Assembly (NCBI GenBank): GCA_044347345.1 | Contig: JBIKUX010000012.1 | Span: 1 to 64,000 of the forward strand | Length of the DNA stretch: 64,000 nucleotides | From: Bdellovibrionota bacterium | GTDB lineage: Bacteria > Bdellovibrionota_C > UBA2361 > JBIKUX01 | Reading direction: 5' to 3' | Part shown: positions 1 to 11,100 of the stretch, in pieces | How the letters are laid out: every line of letters starts with the position of its first letter | Numbering within the stretch: the first letter of the stretch is position 1 | Notes under the pieces: model-generated | Databases searched by the model: none | Told to the model about the DNA's origin: nothing | What the model saw: only the letters and a program-made list of their open reading frames with translations | Program-made: the position numbers and the translations under genes

Positions 1-827
1 AATAATCTCCGCTCGGGCGTTACTCTTCGTACATGAATACAAGTTATATTGGGGAAAAGAATAAAGTGCCAACCGAGAATAATACTTCTCCAAGCAAGTT
101 CTGCATCTTCACGATACGCAAAAAAAGCTTCATCAAATAATTGAAATCTTTCTTTCCTATTTACTGAAAGCTCGGGGTAGACTCGTTCGATATCATCATC
201 ATATTTTGCACGAAACGATACCGCCTTCACAAACTTTGTGCTTACTAATAAACACGCACCAGTTACACCCGCTACATAACTAGGTTCTGAAATGTTGGCA
301 AAACTGCTCAACGGTTTACCTGAATAAGCATCAAAATGACGAAGCGACGAGGTAAAAGTTATACCAGCAGAATCAATAATAGGCTCCTCCCTCCTACTAT
401 CAATCGTATCACCACTATCCTTATAAGCCGTCGGACGAAGAAGAAGAACCCCCGCTCCACCAATACTCGGATCATCCTTCTCGGCTAATATAAAAGCTTT
501 TAATAAGTCAGATATTAAAGTTGGACCTGCAATTGTATCAGGATTTAAAATAAGTAGATAAGGGATAGACTTCTCTACCGCCACCGTAGCTGCCATATTG
601 TGAGCCGCACAAAATCCTATATTGGTCGGTAGTTGAATTATAGCTTCAGCATCAAGATATTTTTTTGCAATTGCTACACTATTATCTTTCGATGAATTAT
701 CAATAACTAAAATTGAAACATTGCTACTATACTGTGAATACTCCTGTCGTTTGAGCGATTTAAGGCAATCTTCAATTACCTCTTCATTATTAAAGAGCAC
801 GATACTAATTAAAAGTATGGAGCTCAT
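1..827 (-). CDS. Glycosyltransferase family 2 (3' end runs off the window)
   Basis: Not in the ORF track. Manual translation from ATG at 827, with AGGAG upstream, gives MSSILLISIVLFNNEEVIEDCLKSL...VIDNSSKD...NIGFCAAHN...LILNPD, typical GT-A/GT2 motifs. Confidence 0.85.
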   Translation of the reverse strand, partial: MSSILLISIVLFNNEEVIEDCLKSLKRQEYSQYSSNVSILVIDNSSKDNSVAIAKKYLDAEAIIQLPTNIGFCAAHNMAATVAVEKSIPYLLILNPDTIAGPTLISDLLKAFILAEKDDPSIGGAGVLLLRPTAYKDSGDTIDSRREEPIIDSAGITFTSSLRHFDAYSGKPLSSFANISEPSYVAGVTGACLLVSTKFVKAVSFRAKYDDDIERVYPELSVNRKERFQLFDEAFFAYREDAELAWRSIILGWHFILFPNITCIHVRRVTPERRL

Positions 828-838
828 TAATTAAACTC

Positions 839-1672
839 CTAACTTTTTTCCGACAGAAAAGAAGTGGTAATCGACAATGCTGTAGCGTGATTACGCACGT
901 CATGAACTCTTAACAATACTTCATTCTCGGGTAACCAGGCTAATTTTGATGATAGCAAAGTAGCTATAGATACACATACTGATTCAGTATCAAATGAGTC
1001 TGACAAGTTAATTTTGGGATTAACCCTAAAACTCCTTAAAAAACCTTTACGCGATATTCCCAAAACAATCCTCGGAAAAAAGCTTAACAAACGATCAAGG
1101 GCGCGCAAGACAGCAATTGAACATTCACCATCTGGAGAAAGAAATGCGCCCATACCAGGATCAAGATATAAATTTTCAGTTAAAATCCCAATATTTTTAG
1201 CTCGCTTTACCACATTTTCAAAAAATCGCAATACTTCATCAACAACAACGTCTGCGCCAATTTTACTAAACTTATGAGGACGGTTTGAACTTGAATACAT
1301 TGCTACTAAAGCTACTTTTTCCTCAGCAGCTACTTCAAGCATGTGAATATTAGAGGCTCCACTTATATCGTTAATCATCTTTATTCCTAATTTGCAACTT
1401 TTGCGTGCAACTTCACTTTGATAAGTATCAACAGAAGTCGCACCCTGACTTGCAATGGCCGCGATAAAAGGAGAAAGACGTTCCCACTCCTCTTCTATAG
1501 AAATTGGATTAGAACCTGGGCGAGTTGATACAGCACCAACATCAATCCAACCGGCACCATCAGCTCGTAACTCCTGCGCTACTTCTAAAATATCCCTATT
1601 CGAAGATAAAAAACCATCATTACTAAAACTATCAGGAGTGATATTTAGCACTCCCATTAAAGATACCGTCAT
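839..1672 (-). CDS. folP: Dihydropteroate synthase
   Basis: MGVLNITPDSFS, DVGAVSTRPG, DPGMG, SRKGF and RVHDV motifs. Confidence 0.93.
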   Translation of the reverse strand: MTVSLMGVLNITPDSFSNDGFLSSNRDILEVAQELRADGAGWIDVGAVSTRPGSNPISIEEEWERLSPFIAAIASQGATSVDTYQSEVARKSCKLGIKMINDISGASNIHMLEVAAEEKVALVAMYSSSNRPHKFSKIGADVVVDEVLRFFENVVKRAKNIGILTENLYLDPGMGAFLSPDGECSIAVLRALDRLLSFFPRIVLGISRKGFLRSFRVNPKINLSDSFDTESVCVSIATLLSSKLAWLPENEVLLRVHDVRNHATALSITTSFLSEKS

Positions 1673-2991
1673 ACCCTTGGTCTTCTAAGAAGAGATTCAA
1701 CAATACGGTTTACAAGCTCTACTTTAAGTACTGGTAGCCTTTTCCCATTTATCCAAATAGCCGGAGTTCCATCTACACCCAAACGTAGTCCCTCCGATAT
1801 ATCTTGATGAATTTTTGCTATTACATCGCTACGGTTAGAACATACTTCTATCTTATCTGGATCCAATCCCAACGCTTTAGCACCCGCAAAAATGCTTGTG
1901 CGAACTTCATCAATTGATTTTTGTTCTTCAAATACTCTAAGAGAAAAAAGTTGTTGTGTAGCATCCCAAAATTTACCACTTTCGCCGACACAACGTGCAT
2001 AAGCTGCCGCAACACAAGCATTATAATGTAAATCGAAACTCAGGAGAGGATTGCACGATTTATCAAGAGGATAATTTTTATAAGTTACCCTTATTTGATC
2101 GGGATAACGCTCTATGAGGTTCTCAATTAAATTAAAAGCATATCTACATGCAGGACATTCAAAATCTGAAAACTCTACTATTTTAATCGGTGCATTAACA
2201 GGTCCCTTGGAATAATCTATAAAGCTACCCGGCTCTTCGTTGATTGGAATAATATCTTCAGAAGCACCTTCCCATTGAGAAAAAAGATTAGTTATTGTAG
2301 TTGATGCTACCTTGCTGCTCATAGTTTGTATATTAAGGTAATGTTCCTCTATTAAACGTGGCAGTAACTCTACACTTGCAATTATTACAAGCGCGGTGCT
2401 GAGTACAAATAAGCTCCAGACGATCATGACGCGACCAGTTATCCTAAAAAAAATAATCGGTGCTACCACTAAAGCTGAAAATCCTTCTTTAATCGGATAA
2501 TAACTCAAACCCGTCCTAGCAGATATCCACCATGCACAACAAGTTAAAAAGCTAACAACATAAATTCCAACGCAAATTGAACATAGTGCTCCAATTATAA
2601 AATGAGATAAGCCTGCCAATACAAAGCATCCAGCTACACTCATCAGACCTAAAACTTGTAGAACACTTAAAATTATTCTAGCCTCAAGTATCCGAAATAC
2701 GGCAACCAGCAAAATCAAAACTGAAAAAAAGATACTTCCATAAACACCCAAAGGCACGCCCAAAAGAGTGCCGTACGAGCTACTAGATACCTTGCGGCAA
2801 TCAAACTCTCCAGATGCGGCAATGGTGTCGGTTACCTGGCACATGGAAGAATGCTGATCTCCCAATATTTTCCAACCTATGTAATCATGTAAAGTGATTA
2901 CTGATAATACCACACCGATTAAACACAGAGCTGCTCCAACATAGAGCGCCCATACGCGAGGGTTAACAACTATTGACGATTTTTCATTCAT
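1669..2991 (-). CDS. Vitamin K epoxide reductase (VKOR)-DsbA thioredoxin fusion
   Basis: Loop Cys pair (SMC...FDCRKVSSSSYG), membrane CSIC, C-terminal EFSDFECPAC and GTP cis-Pro loop. Start MNEKSS at 2991 chosen; the ORF extends to 3075. Confidence 0.88.
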   Translation of the reverse strand: MNEKSSIVVNPRVWALYVGAALCLIGVVLSVITLHDYIGWKILGDQHSSMCQVTDTIAASGEFDCRKVSSSSYGTLLGVPLGVYGSIFFSVLILLVAVFRILEARIILSVLQVLGLMSVAGCFVLAGLSHFIIGALCSICVGIYVVSFLTCCAWWISARTGLSYYPIKEGFSALVVAPIIFFRITGRVMIVWSLFVLSTALVIIASVELLPRLIEEHYLNIQTMSSKVASTTITNLFSQWEGASEDIIPINEEPGSFIDYSKGPVNAPIKIVEFSDFECPACRYAFNLIENLIERYPDQIRVTYKNYPLDKSCNPLLSFDLHYNACVAAAYARCVGESGKFWDATQQLFSLRVFEEQKSIDEVRTSIFAGAKALGLDPDKIEVCSNRSDVIAKIHQDISEGLRLGVDGTPAIWINGKRLPVLKVELVNRIVESLLRRPRV

Positions 2992-3116
2992 TATCTTTCC
3001 TACTACCATAATCGTAGGTGCACTTTTTTGTCTGGACTGCAAACATACTGAATCGACGAATACTATCTGAAACAATATCCTATACTGAATAACTTGGGGA
3101 AACCGTAAAGTATCAC

Positions 3117-4106
3117 ATGAATCATATTCCCACCGATGAAGAGTTTTCTGCTCTCACTATTCCACATAAACGTATAAAAAATGAGGTAAAAACGCCATTT
3201 TTAAAACGTAACCTTGTATGGCTCTTTGTATTTCTTATTATTTTAGTGATTGCTTGCAGTTTAATATTATTGCAACAAAACAGCAAAAATACACCTCTGG
3301 TTTCTCAGCCTTTACAAAATTTAGAAACAGATGCAGAAAACAAAGCTATCTTTGCTTCGGGCTTTATAGTACCTCAGCGCATGGCGGCGGTATCCTCTAA
3401 AGCTACCGGAAGATTAAAATCAATTTCATTTTCAGAAGGAGATGTAGTCGAGTCGGGAGCACTTCTTGCTGAGCTAGAAAATGCTGATTTACTAGCAAGA
3501 GTAGCTGAACAAGAATCAGTTATTCAAATTACCAAAGCGCGTCTTAATGCTGCCCAAGCAGAAGAAAACTTTGCAGAACAATCGCTCAAGAGGGCTAGTT
3601 CTCTAAAGAAACAAGATGTTCTTTCAGTTGAGGTTGTAGATAGTGCTGTGCTTAGACTACGCACTGCTCGCGCTACAATCGAACAACTTATCGCTGAACA
3701 GAACGCAAATACAGCTCGACTATCTTTAGCCAAAACAGAGCTGGAATATTCAGAGATTAGGGCGCCATTTAAAGGAACGGTTCTTACCAAAAACGCTGAG
3801 GTAGGAGAAGTAGTCGCTCCTTTTGGCAGTAGTGCAGACGCTCGAGCTGCAGTCGCTGTCATTGCCGATATGAATTCCTTGATGGTAGAAGCAGACGTAG
3901 CCGAACAATATCTATCGCGCATATCTATCGGACAACAAGCAGCTATTGTGCTTGACTCTTTACCCGGACGACAATTTGAGGGTGAAGTTGCTCAAATTGT
4001 GCCAACGGTTGATAGAGCTAAAGCCACCGTGCAAGTAAAAATTCGATTCCGTGTATTGAGTAGAGAAATACTCCCACAGATGAGTGCTAGAATTACACTA
4101 AAGTGA
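3117..4106 (+). CDS. Efflux periplasmic adaptor subunit (MacA/HlyD family)
   Basis: Single N-terminal TM, lipoyl halves (VSSKATGRL...EGDVV; IRAPFKGTV), coiled hairpin, PTVDRAKATVQVK. Confidence 0.9.
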   Translation: MNHIPTDEEFSALTIPHKRIKNEVKTPFLKRNLVWLFVFLIILVIACSLILLQQNSKNTPLVSQPLQNLETDAENKAIFASGFIVPQRMAAVSSKATGRLKSISFSEGDVVESGALLAELENADLLARVAEQESVIQITKARLNAAQAEENFAEQSLKRASSLKKQDVLSVEVVDSAVLRLRTARATIEQLIAEQNANTARLSLAKTELEYSEIRAPFKGTVLTKNAEVGEVVAPFGSSADARAAVAVIADMNSLMVEADVAEQYLSRISIGQQAAIVLDSLPGRQFEGEVAQIVPTVDRAKATVQVKIRFRVLSREILPQMSARITLK

Positions 4107-4110
4107 TTAG

Positions 4111-4800
4111 ATGTTTTTAGAACCCCCACTTATTCGCGTCGAAAATGTGGTAAAGCGATATCTTCGTGGAGGAGAATCTTTAATAGTGCTGAATGGCTTA
4201 TGTCTAACAATTCAAAAAGGTGAATTTATCTCATTAATGGGCCCTTCCGGTTCAGGAAAAACTACCTTACTAAATCTTATAGCTGGCTTAGATAGCCCAG
4301 ACGAGGGAGAGGTTTACGTCAATGAAATTCCACTCTCGACCTTGTCACAAAGACAGCTTTCAGCTTGGCGAGCCCGAGAAGTCGGATTTATTTTTCAATT
4401 CTATAACCTTATTCCAATACTTTCTGCTTTAGAAAATGTAGCTCTTCCTCTTTCACTTTTACAAATGCCACGACATGAGCAACTTACCCGAGCTACTGTA
4501 GCTCTTCGATTGGTAGGTTTAGGCGATAGAATGAATCACTTTCCAAGACAATTATCAGGAGGACAAGAACAAAGAGTCGCAATCGCCAGAGCCTTAGTTA
4601 CCGACCCTACAATTATCGTCGCTGATGAACCAACAGGCGATCTAGACCGAGCGTCCGCAGCTGATATCTTATCGCTTTTAACTCGCTGTAATGAAAAACT
4701 TGGTACTACGATTATTATGGTTACTCATGACTCTTCTGCCGCGCAATATGCATCACGTCAAATTCATCTTGATAAAGGCATATTAGCCAGCAGTAGCTAA
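4111..4800 (+). CDS. ABC transporter ATP-binding protein (LolD/MacB-like)
   Basis: GPSGSGKT, LSGGQEQR, ADEPTGDLD, VTHD. Confidence 0.95.
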   Translation: MFLEPPLIRVENVVKRYLRGGESLIVLNGLCLTIQKGEFISLMGPSGSGKTTLLNLIAGLDSPDEGEVYVNEIPLSTLSQRQLSAWRAREVGFIFQFYNLIPILSALENVALPLSLLQMPRHEQLTRATVALRLVGLGDRMNHFPRQLSGGQEQRVAIARALVTDPTIIVADEPTGDLDRASAADILSLLTRCNEKLGTTIIMVTHDSSAAQYASRQIHLDKGILASSS

Positions 4801-4844
4801 GTAATTAGTTCGTGCTCAAAGCCACTTTCTAAGCATTCAAAATC

Positions 4845-5672
4845 TTAGATACTAAAATAATCAAGAACTTCTCCCCGCTCTTGAATATGCCTTTCTGCTC
4901 TTTCCAAATCAGCGGGAGCATCAATTCCTGACATCCGCACCCAACCGCGATAATCAACTCTAACAGCTTCTATATTAAGACCATTCTCTAATACTCGCAG
5001 TTGTTCCAAACTCTCTAAGTTCTCGTAGTAACCGGAGGGTAGCTTAGCGTACTGAATCAGTAGATCACTTCGGTAACAATAAATACCTACATGTTGCAAA
5101 ATAGGTGACAATCCTTCAACAGAGCGCAGCTTTTGTTCATCACGAAGTGCCGGAATTATATTCTTTGAAAACCACAACGCTTTACCTTCTCGATTTACGA
5201 TAACAGTACAACCGGAGAAAGGATTACTTTTTTTAGCTTCTCGTAAAAAATCCAATTCCTTCCAAGTTAACTGCACAACAGGGGTCGCCAAAGAACTTTC
5301 CGGACGGTCAACAAGTGCGTTAATCATAGCAGCAACAACATGCGGTGGAGTGAGTGGAGCATCGACCTGTACACTAGCTACGATATCGTAGTTTTCTTTT
5401 ACCGCAAGAAGAACCTCCCTACTCCGGTCTGTACCAGTGCGACACTCAACTGGAGTCATCACAACTGGAATACCGAGTGACTCGCAATGCTTACTCACTT
5501 TTTCATCATCAGCAGCTACTATCACATCAGTGTCAATTGTCGTGAGAGACTTTGCTGAATTAGCTATATCTACCACCCTCTCAACTAAGGTTTTTCCAGC
5601 TAAAAGAACTAAGGGCTTTCCAGGTAGTCTGGTTGCTGCGAATCTAGCTGGAATACTAATTAATGCTCGCAT
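4845..5672 (-). CDS. kdsB: 3-deoxy-manno-octulosonate cytidylyltransferase (CMP-Kdo synthetase)
   Basis: IPARFAATRLPGKPL, TGTDR, ALWFSK, HVGIYCY, LESLEQLRVLENG. Confidence 0.93.
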   Translation of the reverse strand: MRALISIPARFAATRLPGKPLVLLAGKTLVERVVDIANSAKSLTTIDTDVIVAADDEKVSKHCESLGIPVVMTPVECRTGTDRSREVLLAVKENYDIVASVQVDAPLTPPHVVAAMINALVDRPESSLATPVVQLTWKELDFLREAKKSNPFSGCTVIVNREGKALWFSKNIIPALRDEQKLRSVEGLSPILQHVGIYCYRSDLLIQYAKLPSGYYENLESLEQLRVLENGLNIEAVRVDYRGWVRMSGIDAPADLERAERHIQERGEVLDYFSI

Positions 5673-5751
5673 AACTATATTGTTCTAATATTTATCAAAT
5701 TCGCTGAAATCGATGTATCATAATGCTAAATCAGATCAAAGCTAACATATC

Positions 5752-6918
5752 ATGAGGTCTCTCGTCCTAATAGCCACCGGCCACTTAAAACAAAATATCC
5801 TTAGATCAATCATGCTGGTAATAGGGATAACAATAGCTCTTCTTGCTTTTATATTTATTGAAAGCCTTATTCATGCCTGGCATAGCGGAGTGCGGGCTTC
5901 AGCTAAAAATCGTCTGATTACCAGGAATAAAGTATCAATTATTTTATCTTTGCCATTATCCTATGAGAGGCAAATTCGCAATCTTCCTGGCGTAGAAAAA
6001 GTAGGGATAGCAAATTGGTTCGGCGGAATCTATAAAGAGGAAAAACACAGATTTCCTCAATTTGCAGTCAACCAAGACTATCTAGATCTTTACCCTCAAT
6101 TTGTCTTTAACTCTAATGAAAAAGAGGAATTTCTTCGAGATAGACGAGGTGTAGCAATAGGTAAAGCACTTTCTGACCAATATGGAATAAGTATTGGTGA
6201 TTCAATCTCACTTAAAGGAACAATTTATTCCGGTATATGGGAGTTCAAAGTAAGGGCCATATTTACGGGTAGAGAAAAAAATATTAGTACCAAAATGTTT
6301 CTGTTTAATTGGGATTATTTTAATGAACAGATAAAACTATTGAATAAGACTCCTGATCAAGTTGGTATATTTGTAGTAGGTATCACTTCAACTAGTAACC
6401 CCGATTACGTTGCATCTCAAATAGATTCATTATTTAAGAATAGTTATGCTGAAACCTTGACAGAAAATGAAACCAGTTTTCAACAATCATTTCTCTCAAT
6501 GTCCCAAACAATCATTTGGGCTCTTCATTCTATTTCACTTGTGATTATAACTGTAATTAGCTTGGTACTGAGCAATGTTTTACTTATGTCAGCTAGAGAA
6601 AGAACTCAAGAACAAGCAATTTTACGTACTATTGGATTTCAACCAATTCATCTTTTTTTTGTAACTCTACTTGAAGCAAGTATTATTCTTATAACTTCTC
6701 TAATCATTACATGGGCAATTGCGGCTATTATCTTCTCTTTACCACCAGCTACCATTCTAGGAGATTTAGCTCAATTTTTTCCAGTGTTTGAAATCAACCC
6801 TCTTCTGATTATCTGGACTTTTCTCGGTGCAGTTTTGGTATCTATAGTTTCTTGTCTAGGCCCCCTTATAAGTGTGGTACGCGTACCAGTTGCAGAGGCT
6901 TTAAGGAAAATTGACTAA
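5752..6918 (+). CDS. ABC transporter permease (MacB/FtsX family)
   Basis: TM, periplasmic domain, then 3 TM; RERTQEQAILRTIGF. Confidence 0.9.
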   Translation: MRSLVLIATGHLKQNILRSIMLVIGITIALLAFIFIESLIHAWHSGVRASAKNRLITRNKVSIILSLPLSYERQIRNLPGVEKVGIANWFGGIYKEEKHRFPQFAVNQDYLDLYPQFVFNSNEKEEFLRDRRGVAIGKALSDQYGISIGDSISLKGTIYSGIWEFKVRAIFTGREKNISTKMFLFNWDYFNEQIKLLNKTPDQVGIFVVGITSTSNPDYVASQIDSLFKNSYAETLTENETSFQQSFLSMSQTIIWALHSISLVIITVISLVLSNVLLMSARERTQEQAILRTIGFQPIHLFFVTLLEASIILITSLIITWAIAAIIFSLPPATILGDLAQFFPVFEINPLLIIWTFLGAVLVSIVSCLGPLISVVRVPVAEALRKID

Positions 6919-6935
6919 CATATTTTTACTTTATA

Positions 6936-8117
6936 ATGAACGGTACTTTATCAATTAACTACAATCTTAGACATTTGCAAAATAGACCTATGTCCTCAGC
7001 TCTCACGTGCTTAGGAGTAGCTCTCGTTTTATTTGTATTTACCGCTACTCAAATGCTTGGAGCCGGAGTTGCTGAAACCTTAAAAGCATCAGGATCTTCT
7101 AATCAACTTTTAATCGTCAGAAGTGGCTCTCAGAACGAACTGCAAAGCGCTCTTAGTCGCGAAGATGTAGCAATAATTCTCGAATTAGCACTGAGATCAG
7201 GAGCGAAATCCCCTTTATCTTGGAGTGCTGATGCTGTCGTTCTACTCAATCTTGAGAAACAAAACCAAAAAGGAGCAACCTCTAACGTTACAATTAGAGG
7301 AATTTCTCCAACTCACTTGGCAACTCAACAAGTTATACGACCACCATTTACGCTTATTACTGGAACCTTTGTATCGGCTGGAAGTAATGAAATAATGGTT
7401 GGATCTGCAGTTGCTCGACGATTTGCAGGTATCGAGATAGGTAAGAATTTAAGATTAGCAGGAGTTGATTGGCGCATTGCTGGTATTTTCGATGCTGGAA
7501 ATACATCGTTTAATTCTGAAATTTGGGTAGATGCCGAACCGCTACTTCAAACAATAAGGCGGACTAATTTTTCCTCTGTAACTCTACATTATCCAAACAC
7601 AGCTTTAGCGGAAAAAGCTACGACTATTATAGAATCGGATCCTAGATTAACAGTAACGGCAGCAAGAGAAGATTTGTTTTATGCCTCTCAATCAGAATTT
7701 CTCTCCTCATTTATCATATATTTAGGAGCGTTTATCTCCATAGTTTTTAGCTCTGCCGCTATTACAGGATCGATGATAACTATGTATACAGCTGTCGCAA
7801 ACCGCCGACGAGAAATTGGAATTCTCCGAACTCTTGGCTTTTCTGCCGGTGTAATTACAAAAGCATTTGTCCAAGAATCACTTTTACTTTCAATGGTTGG
7901 AGGTTGTCTTGGAATCCTTGCCGCGACTCTTCTGACTTTTTTGCAAGTAGGAACTACTAATTTTCAAACCTTTTCCGATGTGACTTTCAGTTTCAAACTA
8001 TCATCTGAAATAATTGTGCGCTCTTTAATATTTTCTATCGTGATGGGAGTGATAGGAGGAGCACTTCCAGCTTATTCAGCAGCACGGATTAAACCACTTG
8101 ACGCTGTTAGGCGGTAA
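6936..8117 (+). CDS. ABC transporter permease (MacB/FtsX family)
   Basis: RRREIGILRTLGF; GGALPAYSAARIKP. Confidence 0.9.
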   Translation: MNGTLSINYNLRHLQNRPMSSALTCLGVALVLFVFTATQMLGAGVAETLKASGSSNQLLIVRSGSQNELQSALSREDVAIILELALRSGAKSPLSWSADAVVLLNLEKQNQKGATSNVTIRGISPTHLATQQVIRPPFTLITGTFVSAGSNEIMVGSAVARRFAGIEIGKNLRLAGVDWRIAGIFDAGNTSFNSEIWVDAEPLLQTIRRTNFSSVTLHYPNTALAEKATTIIESDPRLTVTAAREDLFYASQSEFLSSFIIYLGAFISIVFSSAAITGSMITMYTAVANRRREIGILRTLGFSAGVITKAFVQESLLLSMVGGCLGILAATLLTFLQVGTTNFQTFSDVTFSFKLSSEIIVRSLIFSIVMGVIGGALPAYSAARIKPLDAVRR

Positions 8118-8135
8118 CAACTCCTAAAGTTTATC

Positions 8136-11100
8136 ATGAAAGACAAACACTGGTTGTTATGTTGCCTTGTAATTGGCGTAGCACTACGCCTTACTGGATT
8201 ACTTCACGGTATAGGATTTCATCCTGACGAAAGACACATAATTATGACCACTCAAAAGATTGGGTGGCACTCATTAAATCCAGAGTTTTTTGCCTATGGA
8301 AGTCTTCCATTTTATAGCTTAAGAATAGCCTCTGGTTTACTTAGCTATATCTTTCCTAGTGCTATTGAATACGAAAATTTATTTTTAGTCGGGAGATTAT
8401 TATCAGTTTGTATTTTTATAGTCACAAGTTTAGTGATGTATCGTATTGCTTACGAACTAACTAAAAATAAACCGACTGCATTGGGTGCCGTTGCATTATT
8501 AGCCGTTAATCCATTTCACCTGCAGTTATCACATTTTTACACTGTAGATCCAATTTTAACTGCTACAAGCTTAATAACATTACTTGGAGTCATAAGAACC
8601 ACAAATTCAGGACGATACCGAGATTACTTATGCATGGGTATCGGATTTGGCCTTTCATTTGGTACTAAAATATCGTCTCTCTCACTTTTATTGCCAATTA
8701 CATGTGCTTTTCTATGGGATACATACAAAAGATGTCGCTGGAAAAGCTGGTCACTAGAGTATCATTTGGGCATATTTCTAATAACAAGCATTGTTATTTT
8801 TATAATAGTAGAGCCGTACGCTTTACTGGATTTTTCACGGTTCTATTCAGACAACAGATCACAAATTGAAATGGTGGCAGGACGATGGATTCCTCCCTAT
8901 ACGATTCAATATGTAAATACTCCCAAATATATCTATCACATTAAACAAATGGGAGATCACACCATTGGCTGGTTTATACTGCTAGCTAGTGTGATTGGAA
9001 GCTTAATAGTAATGAAATCTAAATCCGCACCTTGGACACTTATTTTATTGTGGATGACCGGAACATTCGCCATAATTGGAGGCAGTTACGTTAAATTTCC
9101 TCGCTACCTATTATCCCTTTACCCGATAATTATTATTCTTGCATCCACTGCATTTAATCATACGGGAATCTTATTAACAAAAATATTTCCAATAATTCCG
9201 TCTAAACTTCGTCAACTTCCTCTTGTTATCGGAATTTTATCAACTTTAACTCCTTCTTTAGCACTAGCTAATCTCTATTTAAGTGAACATAGCTGGATAA
9301 GAGTATCTCGATGGATGCATCAGCATTTACCTCCCGAATCAACCTTAATTAATGCTTCATGGGATGATTCTCTTCCAGTGTACACTCCAAACCAATCAGC
9401 TACATCTTTCAAAATAAAAGAAGCTAAGTGGTATAACCTTAATTCTAATACCGAAATTCATGAGCTAGCTACTACACTAGCTAATGGAGACTTTGTTATT
9501 TTTGCTACAGGCCGCATTCCTGGCTCTATTCTTCGCTATCAATCAAATTTTTATGATCAGGAGAATGAAGCACAGCACCGACTCGCTATCGCAGCATTGA
9601 ATGGTTTGTTTTCAGGCAACTTAGGCTATACAAAATATCACACCTTTAAAACTTACCCCACATTTTTAAATTACAAGTGGGATACTGATCTTGCTGATGA
9701 GAGTCTGTCTGTTTACGACCACCCCAAAACATTTATTCTAAAAAATTCAAAACGTTTATCAGCAGAAACCATCTTCGACCAAATTCAAAAAGTAGCCTCT
9801 AACAACATTATTCAAGATAAGGTATCAGATAAAATACTAACGACACCAACAACCGACGAACTCTCTCCTTGGCCTTCGTCAATCCTTGCCATCATAATTT
9901 GGGTTTTTACAATTGAAGGTTTAGCTCTTCTTTGGACACCAATTATTTTTTCAATATGGAATGTGAATCCGCTCACCGCCTTTTGCTTTACACGACCAAG
10001 TGCCATGTTTGTAAGTATGGCAATAATTTGGGTTGCTGGTTCATTACTTCCACTTACCATAACTCCCAATTTAATAATCATCGCTTGTTTAGCTGTTAAT
10101 GCACCCTTCCTGCCTAATCTGGGAAACATTTTACGTCAACATTGGCGTGCCTATCGTCTAGCAGCACTTATATGGATCTGTCCTCTATTAGTTTGTATTA
10201 CTATTCGCTCCGCTGCTCCAGAGATTTATTGGGGCGAAAAACCGATGGATTTCTCTTTTTTAAACTACTTTACCAGATTAGATTTTCTGCCTCCAAGTGA
10301 TCCTTGGGCCTCAAATCAGCCGATGTATTACTACTATTTCTCTTATTTTATGTTTGGAAATCTTTTAAAAATAACAGGAATAGACCCAGCAATAGGCTAT
10401 AATTTATCATTAACTACAATTATTCCGCTTCTTATTTCAAGTATATGCGGAGTATTATCGCTCATTATAAAATCATCACGAGCGGTAATCTCGTGGAGCA
10501 TCTTTATTGTAGCAAGTGCAAATATCGAAGCTGTATTACTTCTTTTTTCGAGCGACCGTAATTGGAATTTTGACCTGTTTTGGGCTACTACTCGACTTTT
10601 TACAGAACCTGGATTTACCGAATTCCCGTTATGGTCATTTCTCTTTGGAGACCTGCATGGACATGTAGTAGCTCTTCCGATTGTTACTCTTATCTTGGGG
10701 CACTGTATTGCAATAAATATTCCGAGGTATGCTGACAAAGCTTTTTCAATATATACTTTACTAGGAATTTTTTCTGGGATTTTGTTTATCACAAATGCCT
10801 GGGACATTGTCTTTTGTTTCTCAATTATCTTAGTTTCAATTTGTATAAAAATTTGTTCTCAATGTACAAAAAATCCCTATTTAAATTTCCCTTCAAACTT
10901 AATTAAATCGCTTTTTTGTGAAGCTTATAATGCTATTGGTTTAATCGCTGGGATTATAATTATTGTAATTTTTCAGTTTACCTCTGGAAAAGGATTACCC
11001 CCAAATATTTCTTGGGTCACAGCGTCAGAGCATAATACCGCAGGCATGATACTAAGAATGTATGGGCATTTTATTTTTATTCTTTTTGGTGGTGGTTTTT

